From assembly GCA_963675785.1 (NCBI GenBank), contig OY776562.1, forward strand, positions 1,088,001 to 1,152,000: a stretch of DNA of 64,000 nucleotides, read 5' to 3'. The stretch comes from Anaerolineae bacterium. Lineage in GTDB: Bacteria; Chloroflexota; Anaerolineae; UBA1429. The translations under genes were made by a program, and so were the position numbers. The notes beneath the pieces are model-generated. The model was not told where the DNA came from. It was given only the letters and a program-made list of their open reading frames with translations, and searched no databases. Shown one piece after another: positions 47,670-56,720 of the stretch (position 1 is its first letter; each line of letters opens with the position of its first letter).

Positions 47670-48116
47670 TTATAGCTTGGCTGCAAGGGCAGCAGATTCC
47701 TCTTTTGTGGTTGCCATGCCCTGATAGGATAGGCCGTAAAGGGCACCAAATCGTGCTATGGTAAATTCGCCAGCCTCCATCATCCACTTTTCCGGAGATG
47801 CTCCCTGAAACAGGAAGAAAAGCTTGCCGTTGAGTGAACCCGGCTCTACAGTACCGTAGCATCTGTCAAGGAATGTTCTGACGGATCCGCAGATATTGTG
47901 CCAGTATAAGGGAGAACCAATGACCAGAATATCCGCAGAGAAAACTTTTTCAAGCACTTTGTCAAACTGATCTCCGTGGATATTCTGACCGTATACATTG
48001 ATCTGATAATCGATCAGGTTGAGTGTCTCATAATCATGGCCGGCCAGCAGTGTTTCTGCCAGTGCGACTGTATTGCCGTTTGGGTTGGGACTTCCGTTAA
48101 GAAATAAAATCTTCAT
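47670..48116 (-). CDS. Flavodoxin-like / NADPH-dependent FMN reductase family
   Basis: LNGSPNPNGNT FMN loop, GSPLYWH, FLDR. Confidence 0.88.
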   Translation of the reverse strand: MKILFLNGSPNPNGNTVALAETLLAGHDYETLNLIDYQINVYGQNIHGDQFDKVLEKVFSADILVIGSPLYWHNICGSVRTFLDRCYGTVEPGSLNGKLFFLFQGASPEKWMMEAGEFTIARFGALYGLSYQGMATTKEESAALAAKL

Positions 48117-48125
48117 AGTATCGTC

Positions 48126-48968
48126 TTACTCCTGACTATCAAGGTCGATCACAAAGCCGGCATATCTTTCGACCATTTCGTCTGTGGCGTTGTAGTATCT
48201 GACATTCTTGTTGATCTTTGCGATGTTTGCCATCTCCTCTTCGGTGAGCTGGAAGTCGAAAATGTCGAGGTTTGCTTTGATATGCTCGGGATTGTTGGAA
48301 CCCGGGATGACCTGGTTGCCGAACTGAACGTGCCATCTCAGGATGATCTGTGCTGTAGTTTTGCCGTATTTCCTGGCAAGCTTTACAAAGACCGGTTCTT
48401 CCATCAGTGCCTTATCGCCGTGCCCCAGAGGATACCAGGCCATGACACGACAGCCGCACTCAGCAAGACGATTTGTTGTTTCTGTGTCAATGAAATACGG
48501 ATGAGCCTCCATCTGGATCACATGGGGTTTGATCTCACATTCGTTAAGGAGCTTCTCAAGCTTTTCACTCTTGAAATTGGAGATGCCGATGGATTTGATC
48601 TTTCCGGACTTGTAGGCTCCCTCCAGCTTTCTGTAGCCGGCCATAAAGTCGCCGGAAGGCTGGTGAATGAACATCAGGTCGATGTAGTCTGTGTCCAGCA
48701 GTTCAAGGCTCTTTTCAACAGTACCCTCAGTGTTGTACTGGCTGGCCCAGATCTTGGTTGAGAGGAAAATCTCCTCGCGGGCTACACCTGATTTCTTGAT
48801 GGCGCGGCCAACAGCACGTTCATTCATGTAAGCCTGAGCGGTATCGATCATTCGATATCCATTGGAAAGAGCACACAGAACAGCGGCTTCTGCCTGCGCC
48901 GGTGTCATAGTAAAGGTGCCGATGCCGACTGCCGGCATGGTAACTCCATTGCTGAGTGTAAAATTCAT
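48126..48968 (-). CDS. Aldo/keto reductase (AKR5-like)
   Basis: IDTAQAYMNE, STKIW, FIHQP, IGISNF. Confidence 0.93.
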   Translation of the reverse strand: MNFTLSNGVTMPAVGIGTFTMTPAQAEAAVLCALSNGYRMIDTAQAYMNERAVGRAIKKSGVAREEIFLSTKIWASQYNTEGTVEKSLELLDTDYIDLMFIHQPSGDFMAGYRKLEGAYKSGKIKSIGISNFKSEKLEKLLNECEIKPHVIQMEAHPYFIDTETTNRLAECGCRVMAWYPLGHGDKALMEEPVFVKLARKYGKTTAQIILRWHVQFGNQVIPGSNNPEHIKANLDIFDFQLTEEEMANIAKINKNVRYYNATDEMVERYAGFVIDLDSQE

Positions 48969-49042
48969 CTTTGTTGTCCTCCCTGTCTATATTTATTTAC
49001 TGTATTTTCAAGATACAGTTCTGCGCTATAAGAATCACTGTA

Positions 49043-49073
49043 AGCATAACACCCGGTAGTTACAACCGGTCAA
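49043..49073 (-). promoter_or_regulatory. MerR-type promoter of the AKR operon
   Basis: Minus strand TTGACC-19 bp-TATGCT with dyad CCGGT-N7-ACCGG across the spacer; divergent MerR gene adjacent. Confidence 0.75.
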
Positions 49074-49101
49074 GTTGAAATTCTGTTTTAAGGAGATTTT
49101 C

Positions 49102-49506
49102 ATGTATAAAATGAAGGAAGTGTGCCGTGAGACCGGCATGACCTATGAAGCATTAAAGTTTTACTGCAATGAAGGACTCGTTCCCAACGTAAAACGCGAC
49201 GCCAACAACCACCGCGTGTTTGATGATCGCGACATCGCATGGATCAAGAGCCTGACCTGCCTGAAAAACTGCGGCATGAGTATTCAGGAGATGAAGGTTT
49301 ATATTGATTTTTGCCTACAGGGCGAGAGTTCGATTCCTGAAAGAAAGGTTATCCTTGCACAGAAGCGCGGGGATCTGCTTGGACGGATAGCCGAGTTGCA
49401 GGCAAGCATTGAATTTATTGACGGGAAGCAGAAATTCTATGATGATGTTCTTTCGGGAAAGACAAAGTATCACAGCAATTTAATCGTGGTTGATAGTAAT
49501 GATTGA
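49102..49506 (+). CDS. MerR family transcriptional regulator (AdhR-like)
   Basis: MKEVCRETG...LKFYCNEGL...RDANNHRVF, CLKNCGMSI; AAGGAG RBS. Confidence 0.92.
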   Translation: MYKMKEVCRETGMTYEALKFYCNEGLVPNVKRDANNHRVFDDRDIAWIKSLTCLKNCGMSIQEMKVYIDFCLQGESSIPERKVILAQKRGDLLGRIAELQASIEFIDGKQKFYDDVLSGKTKYHSNLIVVDSND

Positions 49507-49678
49507 AAAAAGATATCGAGGGTACATATAGCTACATAAGTTGATTTTGTTCTGTTAGGGGGAAATTGCCCTTGACAAATAGCGTCTCACAAGGCGATTT
49601 TTCCATTTTCGGTAGTGGCTTTTCCTATGGGTACAGCGATGAAACAAGAGGGCGCCCATCAGACGCCCTCGTCTGTAT

Positions 49679-50782
49679 CTAGATGACAAACTTGCCGTCT
49701 TTGTAGAGCAGCTCGCCGTCCACCCGAATCTCGCTCTCTTGCCGCATGTCGCAGATGAGGTCGAGGTGGATGCTTGAGTCGTTCGTGCCGCCAGTCTCCG
49801 GGAATCCCCTCCCCAAAGCGATGTGAATGGTGCCGCCGATTTTCTCATCGAACAGGATGCTGTGGGTGAACTGCTGAATCCCATAGTTGGTGCCAATGGC
49901 AAACTCGCCCAACTGTGAGGAGCCCTTATCTGTTTCCAGCAGACTGCGCATGAAATCCTCGTTCCGGGTCGCCGTCATCTTAGTGACTACGCCATCGCTG
50001 AACTCAAGGCGTACCCCTTCGATGGCTCGCCCCGCCGTTACCGCGGGAAAGCTCGTCTCGTACCAGCCATTTACCGAGCCAGCCACGGGCGTAGTGTACA
50101 CTTCACCGCTGGGCATGTTCTTTTGTCCGTCCGAATTGATGAACGCGCGCCCCTCAATGGATAGCGTCAGGTCGCAGTGCGGCCCCATGGCGTGTATCGC
50201 CTTGTGCCCCCGCAGCCAATCTACAGCCTTTTGCTGCTCCCGCGAGATGCGCTTCCACTCTGCAATGGGATCTTCTTTGTCGGCATAGGTGGCGCCAAAC
50301 AAAAAGTCTTCAAACTCACCAAGGCTCATCGAGGCATCCTGGGCCAACGCCTGCGTGGGGAATTGGGTAATCACCCATCGAAATTTTCCCGAGGCGCTCC
50401 GCTCGCTCCAAATGCGCCCCAATTCCATGCGAGCAACTTGTCGAACTTGATGCTTTTTCGGATCAAGACTGGTGAGCGCACGCGTGTTATCGGGTGCATC
50501 CAAGCGGATCATACAATCCGCCTTTTCCACCAATATCTCTTCAACGGGCGTTATATAGGTCAACTGTTCTTTGTTGGCATGGCGCATGAATGTTTCCTGC
50601 AGGCCAGCATCTTCGATCGTGATCAAGGGGTTACCGCCAGCAGCCAGCACGGCCTTGACCACCTCATTGGCCAGAGGAATGGCTGGTGTGCTAGCATTGA
50701 TGATCACCAGATCTCCTGGTTGAACGCGTGTCGAATAATTGACCAGGACGTTTGCCAAGCGTGTATGACGGATGTCTGCCAT
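49679..50782 (-). CDS. Aminopeptidase family M29 (AmpS/AmpT-like)
   Basis: NMPSGEVYT, GEFAIG, FDEKIGGTIHIALG, SSIHLD. Confidence 0.93.
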   Translation of the reverse strand: MADIRHTRLANVLVNYSTRVQPGDLVIINASTPAIPLANEVVKAVLAAGGNPLITIEDAGLQETFMRHANKEQLTYITPVEEILVEKADCMIRLDAPDNTRALTSLDPKKHQVRQVARMELGRIWSERSASGKFRWVITQFPTQALAQDASMSLGEFEDFLFGATYADKEDPIAEWKRISREQQKAVDWLRGHKAIHAMGPHCDLTLSIEGRAFINSDGQKNMPSGEVYTTPVAGSVNGWYETSFPAVTAGRAIEGVRLEFSDGVVTKMTATRNEDFMRSLLETDKGSSQLGEFAIGTNYGIQQFTHSILFDEKIGGTIHIALGRGFPETGGTNDSSIHLDLICDMRQESEIRVDGELLYKDGKFVI

Positions 50783-50843
50783 AGGGTCTGCTCCTTTATT
50801 ATAAGTGATTGTATTCTAGTCGGATATAGAAGGCCCTACAACC

Positions 50844-50875
50844 AAGAAACCCACGGCATATGCCGTGGGTTTCTT
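50844..50875 (-). terminator. Perfect 32-bp palindrome, terminator of the PadR/DUF5320 operon
   Basis: AAGAAACCCACGGCAT/ATGCCGTGGGTTTCTT. Confidence 0.7.
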
Positions 50876-50893
50876 AACTCAGGTATTGTGAAG

Positions 50894-51274
50894 CTATTCC
50901 TTGACGGAACCTTCTGCAGAACCTTCATTCATATCGGCTAGATCAGCCTCGATGGCTTCTAGCTCTTGTCGCAGAGCATTGGCTCTGTTCTCCAGCATCT
51001 CTTTGTGAGAGGGTCTGCTTTCAAAACCTGCCTCTGGGCCCATAGGGCCGTATCCGGGGCCCGCAGGCACCCAATAGCCTTCGTACCCCCAACTGTGGTG
51101 CATGCCCATGCCGCGGCCGAAACCCCGGCGGCCTCTGCTCCAAAATCTCCGGTGTCTACGGCCGCAGTGGGCCATATTTGCATAGCCGGGATGCTCATAT
51201 CCTGCGCAGTAACCTGCGCCTCTGCCTGTCATTGGGCCCATCTCTTCGGGCCCTGTACCATCTCCAAATGGCAT
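50894..51274 (-). CDS. DUF5320 family protein (long copy with coiled-coil tail)
   Basis: MPFGDGTGPEEMGPMTGRGAGYCAG, Gly/Arg-rich middle, C-terminal coiled coil. Confidence 0.85.
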   Translation of the reverse strand: MPFGDGTGPEEMGPMTGRGAGYCAGYEHPGYANMAHCGRRHRRFWSRGRRGFGRGMGMHHSWGYEGYWVPAGPGYGPMGPEAGFESRPSHKEMLENRANALRQELEAIEADLADMNEGSAEGSVKE

Positions 51275-51310
51275 ATTGCTACTCCTTGCTTATTTCTGAA
51301 TTGCGATTGC

Positions 51311-51502
51311 TTAGAAGCGTCGCCCTCGGCCACGCCCGCGCCCCCAAAGCCGTCCGAGCCAACGTCTCTTGCCAAGTCGGCGACGGGGATTGTCAAAACG
51401 TTCATCCATGTATCCTGGTTGGTCATATCCTGCACAGTAACCTGCACCTCTGCCTGTCATGGCACCCTTTCCTTCGGGCCCTGTTTTATCTCCTGCTGGC
51501 AT
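51311..51502 (-). CDS. DUF5320 family protein (short copy)
   Basis: MPAGDKTGPEGKGAMTGRGAGYCAG...RGRGRGRRF; AGGAGG RBS. Confidence 0.82.
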   Translation of the reverse strand: MPAGDKTGPEGKGAMTGRGAGYCAGYDQPGYMDERFDNPRRRLGKRRWLGRLWGRGRGRGRRF

Positions 51503-51589
51503 TGTGTACCTCCTTTGCCTGCTTGCGCGATAACTTGATAATCGAGCGATTCCTTTTCTACAAACGACCTACTCTCAAAAGATGGCCCC

Positions 51590-51970
51590 CTACTTCTCAG
51601 GGTGCTCCAGTTGTTCATAGGCCCTGAGAAAGTCGTTCAACACATTCACCGTATCTTCAAGCTGCTCTGCCCAATCTTGCAAGATCATGAGGCCATCGGC
51701 TGTGATGCGGTAAACGCGCCTGGCAGGGCCGGCCGCCGTATCCGTATCCCAATCAGAAAGTACCAGATCATCCATCTCGAACTGGCGCATCATGCGATAA
51801 ACCAGGCTTGGGGCCACGCCCGGCATACCCATTTCACCCAACTCTTGGATCAGCTCGTAACCATACGAGGGTTTGCGGGCTACAAGTAGCAACAAAAAGG
51901 GCTCCATGTGGCGCCTGGCTGGCAAGTGTCGGCCGTGCCCTCGTCCACCCCATCCGTGTCTTCCCGGCAT
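51590..51970 (-). CDS. PadR family transcriptional regulator
   Basis: LLLL...SYGYEL, VYRMMRQFE, GPARRVYRIT. Confidence 0.9.
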   Translation of the reverse strand: MPGRHGWGGRGHGRHLPARRHMEPFLLLLVARKPSYGYELIQELGEMGMPGVAPSLVYRMMRQFEMDDLVLSDWDTDTAAGPARRVYRITADGLMILQDWAEQLEDTVNVLNDFLRAYEQLEHPEK

Positions 51971-51985
51971 GGTCTCTCCTTACAT

Positions 51986-52042
51986 CTATGTACTAAATGT
52001 ACATAGTGACTAAATAATACTATATGCTAACGCATTTGTCAA
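51986..52042 (-). promoter_or_regulatory. padR promoter and palindromic operator
   Basis: Minus strand TTGACA-17 bp-TATTAT; perfect dyad CTATGTAC-N5-GTACATAG at 51986-52006 just downstream of it. Confidence 0.65.
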
Positions 52043-52061
52043 GTCTTTTTCAAACATACGC

Positions 52062-52090
52062 TTGACACGTTTACCTGTTGTGCGTATGCT
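52062..52090 (+). promoter_or_regulatory. Sigma70 promoter of the B12 operon
   Basis: TTGACA-17 bp-TATGCT directly upstream of the riboswitch. Confidence 0.7.
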
Positions 52091-52106
52091 CACGCTGTCT
52101 AATGAA

Positions 52107-52257
52107 TGGCAGGGGTGCTCCCGAGCCCGGATGTGACGGAGCACAATGGGGGAAGCCGGTGAAAGACCGGCGCTGTCCCGCAACTGTAAGGCGCTAACGC
52201 GCCAAGCCAGGATGCCCGCCTCTGCTATCCGCCCAGCAACCTTCGTGGAGAAAGGGG
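52107..52257 (+). ncRNA. Cobalamin riboswitch
   Basis: GGGAAGCCGGTGAAAGACCGGCGCTGTCCCGCAACTGTAA core, AAGCCAGGATGCC B12-box, P1 GGCAGGGG/CCTCTGCT, downstream CCTTCGTGGAGAAAGG hairpin (P13-like). Confidence 0.93.
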
Positions 52258-52292
52258 TGCTCGCATGTCTAGGTGTATCTATCTTTCCGTCG

Positions 52293-52349
52293 CGACACTA
52301 TTACCAAGAGGCCATCCAGGCTTTGTGGTAATGGGGTCGTTTTCTTTTT
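52293..52349 (+). terminator. Riboswitch expression-platform terminator
   Basis: CGAC-CTATTACCA...TGGTAATGG-GTCG imperfect stem followed by TTTTCTTTTT. Confidence 0.65.
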
Positions 52350-52361
52350 GTGTAAAAAAGG

Positions 52362-54689
52362 ATGGACGGAATGAATAAGCGAACGCGTGCTAGATGGTTA
52401 TCGATAATCTTGAGTGTTGTGATGCTGGCCAATCTATTCGTGGGCAGTGTCAGTGCAATGCCAAGTCTATCTGAGACGGCAGAAGCTCCGTCAGATAAAG
52501 CCATCGCTTATCTGGCAGATCAGCAGCAAACCGATGGTGGCCTGTCGGGCTTTGGCGGTGATTCGGATGTGGCGACGAGTGCTCTGGGGCTTGTGGCTCT
52601 GGGGCTCGCAGGCGTAGATCCCGAGTACATGTCTACAGATTCAACGGACATCAGCTTGCTCGATTTTGTGGTGAATAATGCCATTACCTACACCCACGAA
52701 ATCACCGGAACGAGCGCAGCAAACCTCTTCCCCGGGCGCGCTGGTTTGGTGCTCACCGGCATGGCATCTGTGTACCCTACATTTGACGAGATGTACACGG
52801 CTGAAGGCTTTGCGGATGCTTACAGTGTCATATCCCAGCTTAGTTCACAGCTAAGGCAAGCCTATGATTCCGAAACTGGTGCTTACGCGACCGACGCTCT
52901 GGAAGGATGGACGAGCGGGGCTGCCAGTATTTCTAATCAGGCTTGGAGCATCTTGGGGTTGACTTCGTTGACCGGCTCAGTACCAGTAACAGCGACCAAT
53001 TGGTTGATCGATCAGCAAGATGTGGACGGCTCTTTCAACTATGCAGATCCTGATACGACGGCCTTGGTTGGTGTGGCCTTGTTGATGTCGGGCAATGTCG
53101 GTGCAGATGATGCTGCAATTCAGGCCATCGTCGATTACTTTCAGGATACTCAATTGGAATCTGGCGGTTGGCGCCCCTCTTGGGATACCGATGCCCTCAA
53201 TGCGGATACCACGGGCTGGGTACTCCAGTTCTTGCTCATGGCTGGCCATGATCCTGCCTCTCCCATGTGGAATGGCCCTTATGAGGCTTTGGCTAGTCTC
53301 CAGGGAGAGAGTGGCATTATCGGCGGTACCTATGCCAATGTCTATTCGACCGTAGAAGCCCTCTTTGGACTTTACGAGCGTCCTCTAACGCAGATCACTG
53401 CGCAAAACCTTCCCACGAGCATTCGCCCAATCCTTGCTGAGATGAACACCACTGGCGATGATGCCGGCTCTTGGAATGGTTATAGTGGTACGGCTGATGT
53501 GGGCTCTACTTGTGATGCAGTCATGGCCATTGCTTCTACTTATGTGGATCCTTCTACGATCGGTACGGTTGATCATTCTCCTATGGATTATTTGGCGAGT
53601 CAGGCAGACACCGTTGCGACGACGGGTGGAGCTTCTCTTGTGGGCAAGCTTGCTGTCACGGTGAAGGCTGCTGGTTTGGATACCACCTCTTTCGGTGGTC
53701 AAAACTTACCTGAAGTGTTGCTCAACGATTGGTACTCATCTACGGCTCGAGCTTTTTTGGATGAATATGGCGCTGTCGGTGACAGCTGGGTCCAATCCTA
53801 TGCCATTTTGGGCATGGCAACCATCACAGATACTAGCACAATTCCTGGCGCGGCGATTCAAACGCTTGAGAATATGCAGCAGGATGATGGTTCCTGGCTG
53901 GATGGCTGGGGTTATTCACCCATCGACAGTACAGGCCTTGTCTTGCAGGCCCTTGTCGCTGCTGATGGCACGCCCAGTGTTATCGCTGATGGTGTAGCCT
54001 ATCTCAAGAGCGTGCAAGAATCGGATGGGGGTTGGGGTAACGCCAACTCCACCTCTTTTGCTGTGCTCGGCCTCATCGCAGCCGGCGAGGATTTGCACAG
54101 TTCAGATTGGCTCGTCGATGGCAAAGGGCCTATTCAAGCCCTTTATAGCTTTGCCAAGGGCGATGGCGCTTTTGTCTGGATGTGGGAGAGCGAATGGTCT
54201 GCTCCTGTAGATAACCTTTATGCTCTTGAGCAATCGGTGCTGGCGCTAAGAGGTTGGGTAATGCCCTTTACAGGTGCCTCTATCCCCTTGATGACTGCTG
54301 AGCAGATGAATAGCTCGCTCAAGTCGGCTCTTCCCGATCCTGACCGTCTAGTGATTGATGGGGTGGATGTCCCGCGTTCTGCCTCGGGGCTGGATATCAA
54401 CGTGCCTTTCGGCTCTGATCTGGACGAGGATGCGACAGTGTCTGCCGAGCTACTGCCTTATGGCAGCACCGAATGGCTTTCTGTCGGCAGCTTGACCCGT
54501 GATACGGGTGTCTATAGCCTACATCTGTCCTCTTTGGATGCCGCGACAGCTTCCAGTGTGCGCGTAACAGTCGCTGATCCCGATACCGTACAGGATAAAA
54601 CTGATGTGGGTTCATCTTTGGTCTACACAGTGACCCTGGAAGAGTATTACCTTACCATTCCTTGGGTTACCAACTACGTTACTGATTGA
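52362..54689 (+). CDS. Secreted prenyltransferase/squalene-cyclase-repeat (alpha/alpha barrel) protein, B12-regulated
   Basis: Signal peptide; repeated (Y/W)LxxxQxxDG(G/S)(W/F) motifs in two blocks; first gene after the riboswitch. Start may be 52371. Confidence 0.82.
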   Translation: MDGMNKRTRARWLSIILSVVMLANLFVGSVSAMPSLSETAEAPSDKAIAYLADQQQTDGGLSGFGGDSDVATSALGLVALGLAGVDPEYMSTDSTDISLLDFVVNNAITYTHEITGTSAANLFPGRAGLVLTGMASVYPTFDEMYTAEGFADAYSVISQLSSQLRQAYDSETGAYATDALEGWTSGAASISNQAWSILGLTSLTGSVPVTATNWLIDQQDVDGSFNYADPDTTALVGVALLMSGNVGADDAAIQAIVDYFQDTQLESGGWRPSWDTDALNADTTGWVLQFLLMAGHDPASPMWNGPYEALASLQGESGIIGGTYANVYSTVEALFGLYERPLTQITAQNLPTSIRPILAEMNTTGDDAGSWNGYSGTADVGSTCDAVMAIASTYVDPSTIGTVDHSPMDYLASQADTVATTGGASLVGKLAVTVKAAGLDTTSFGGQNLPEVLLNDWYSSTARAFLDEYGAVGDSWVQSYAILGMATITDTSTIPGAAIQTLENMQQDDGSWLDGWGYSPIDSTGLVLQALVAADGTPSVIADGVAYLKSVQESDGGWGNANSTSFAVLGLIAAGEDLHSSDWLVDGKGPIQALYSFAKGDGAFVWMWESEWSAPVDNLYALEQSVLALRGWVMPFTGASIPLMTAEQMNSSLKSALPDPDRLVIDGVDVPRSASGLDINVPFGSDLDEDATVSAELLPYGSTEWLSVGSLTRDTGVYSLHLSSLDAATASSVRVTVADPDTVQDKTDVGSSLVYTVTLEEYYLTIPWVTNYVTD

Positions 54690-54747
54690 TTCATGCTAAT
54701 ATACAGAGAGCAGACGTAATGTGCGTCTGCTCTCCGTGGAGATTGCG

Positions 54748-55899
54748 ATGTTCAAGTTTCGCTTGCGAATTGCTGTCACCTTGCTCTTGCTCTTTACCTG
54801 TGTCGGCATAGCTTCCCCTGTTGCTGCCGACTCTTCCAATCACGTAGGGCTGGTCGTTCAAAAGAGCGATGGCACCATCGTCACCCGCTGTGTCGAATTC
54901 ACTGAATCCGAGATCAGTGGCTTGGACGTGCTGCTGCGCTCAGGTTTAGAGATCAAGTACGCTGCTTCTTCACAGGGGACGACCGTGTGCTCCATTGATG
55001 GCGAAGGTTGTCCCTCCGGTGATTGTTTCTGTGATTTTCCGGAACGTTATTGGTCATATTGGCTGTGGGCGGACGGCACCTGGCAATACTCACCAGTCGG
55101 TGCCTCGCAGTTCAAGGTGCAGGATGGTGATATTCAGGGTTGGGCCTATACGGAGAATGCGCAGGCACCTTCGTTCACGCCGGATCTGGGTTCTATCTGC
55201 CAGCTACAGCCTACAGCAGTACCTGCAACCGCGACATCCACAGTAGCTCCAGCCACTGCGACACCTATACCTCCAACGGCTACTCTGGCGCCAACCGTTG
55301 TACCCACGCCTGATGTCTGGTTCCGTTTGGACGAGAATCCAATCAATGCAGGTGATTGCACCACTTTGCGCTGGGATACCGAGAGCGCCTGGGAGGTTTA
55401 TCTCGATGATGCAGGCCAGGCCCTGGATTCCAGTGTAAAAGTTTGCCCCACTGAGGCAACCGTCTATCAGTTGCGTGTTATCAGCGCTGCCGGTGAACAG
55501 ACCTACGAGTTAACGCTTGGCGTAACAGGCGTTTCCCCCACTATGACGACTTTGCCTACCGTTGCGCTAACCACTGCTAAAACCAGTACGCCAGCAATGA
55601 CTGAAATTGCGACATCAACGCCCATTGCGCAGCAGTTGGATCAACCCGTAGCAACATTGACTCGAACGGCGACGGTAGTACGAACGAGTACAATAGCGGC
55701 TACAGTTACCTCGATAGCTGCAAATAGTTCCAGTACTGTACCTTCGGCTACTGAAACGCAGTCGGCAGTCCCGACTTCTGAGGCCTCTGATACAGAGGTG
55801 GCTCAAGAACCCAACGAAACGACTGGCTATGTCATCCTGAGCGTGCTGGTCATTGCACTAGCTTCTTCCTTCTTTGTTGCTCGCCGAAAGCACAAGTAA
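54748..55899 (+). CDS. Membrane-anchored protein with DUF4430/transcobalamin-beta-like domain, Ig-like domain and Thr-rich stalk
   Basis: Signal peptide (VAA-D); VCSIDG, YWSYW...WQYSPVGA...VQDGD motifs; PT/T-rich linkers; C-terminal TM followed by RRKHK. Confidence 0.72.
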   Translation: MFKFRLRIAVTLLLLFTCVGIASPVAADSSNHVGLVVQKSDGTIVTRCVEFTESEISGLDVLLRSGLEIKYAASSQGTTVCSIDGEGCPSGDCFCDFPERYWSYWLWADGTWQYSPVGASQFKVQDGDIQGWAYTENAQAPSFTPDLGSICQLQPTAVPATATSTVAPATATPIPPTATLAPTVVPTPDVWFRLDENPINAGDCTTLRWDTESAWEVYLDDAGQALDSSVKVCPTEATVYQLRVISAAGEQTYELTLGVTGVSPTMTTLPTVALTTAKTSTPAMTEIATSTPIAQQLDQPVATLTRTATVVRTSTIAATVTSIAANSSSTVPSATETQSAVPTSEASDTEVAQEPNETTGYVILSVLVIALASSFFVARRKHK

Positions 55900-56720
55900 T
55901 GATCAAACGTCTGGCGCGGCGCCTTGTCATCGTCCTCAGCTTGGCGATGGGGCTGCTCGCTTTTGCCTATCCTTTTGTGGATGTGGCCGCAGGAGCTCCT
56001 CACGGTAGCGGTACCACTACTTCTACTGCGGGAGCCCTATTCATTACTGTGGCCTTGGTTGCCATGCTCTTGGAGCTTCAATCCGATGGCATGGACGCGC
56101 GTTCTAGCGCCATGATCGGTGTTCTTGTCGCCATTACCAGCATCCTTCGCTTTATCGAAATCGCTGTACCGCTGCCGGGCGGCTTTTCGCCCATCTTTGC
56201 GCCCATTCTCATTGTGGGCTGGGTATTTGGTGGGCAGTTTGGTTTTCTCATGGGCAGCCTTACCATGCTCGTATCAGGTCTCATTACCGGCGGTATTGGC
56301 CCGTGGCTGCCTTACCAAATGTTCGCGGCGGGTTGGGTGGGTATGGGGGCTGGTGTGGCCCGTGGATTGAGGGATGTCTTGCGCCCACGTCAAACCTCCT
56401 TTGATCGCTGGGATCTGGCTGTTCTGGTGGCGATGGGGATTCTCTGGGGGCTGCTCTATGGCGCTATCATCAACCTCTACTTTTGGCCCTATGCCGTGGG
56501 CTCGGCAGATCAAACCTGGTCTGTGGGCATAGGCCTGGGGCAAACGCTCAAGCGCTACGCCCTGTTTTATGCGGCCTCTTCCTTCTTGTGGGATTTGGCT
56601 CGCTCCGCAGGAAATGCCGCCTTGCTGTTGGCTGTGGGCATGCCAGCCGCCAAGGCCTTGGAGCGTTTTGAGCGCCGCTTTTCCCATGAAATAGTACGTG
56701 AGGTTGCGCCCCATGCTTAA
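55899..56720 (+). CDS. ECF transporter S component (probable cobalamin, CbrT-like)
   Basis: GWVFGGQFGFLMG, GGIGPWLPYQMFAAGWVG; TAATG coupling; B12 riboswitch context. Confidence 0.88.
   Translation: MIKRLARRLVIVLSLAMGLLAFAYPFVDVAAGAPHGSGTTTSTAGALFITVALVAMLLELQSDGMDARSSAMIGVLVAITSILRFIEIAVPLPGGFSPIFAPILIVGWVFGGQFGFLMGSLTMLVSGLITGGIGPWLPYQMFAAGWVGMGAGVARGLRDVLRPRQTSFDRWDLAVLVAMGILWGLLYGAIINLYFWPYAVGSADQTWSVGIGLGQTLKRYALFYAASSFLWDLARSAGNAALLLAVGMPAAKALERFERRFSHEIVREVAPHA

Noticed and set aside
52362-54689. Squalene-hopene cyclase or terpene biosynthesis call
   Set aside because: The protein has a signal peptide, the closest match to DXDD is DPDTT, no isoprenoid genes are nearby, and it is under a B12 riboswitch.
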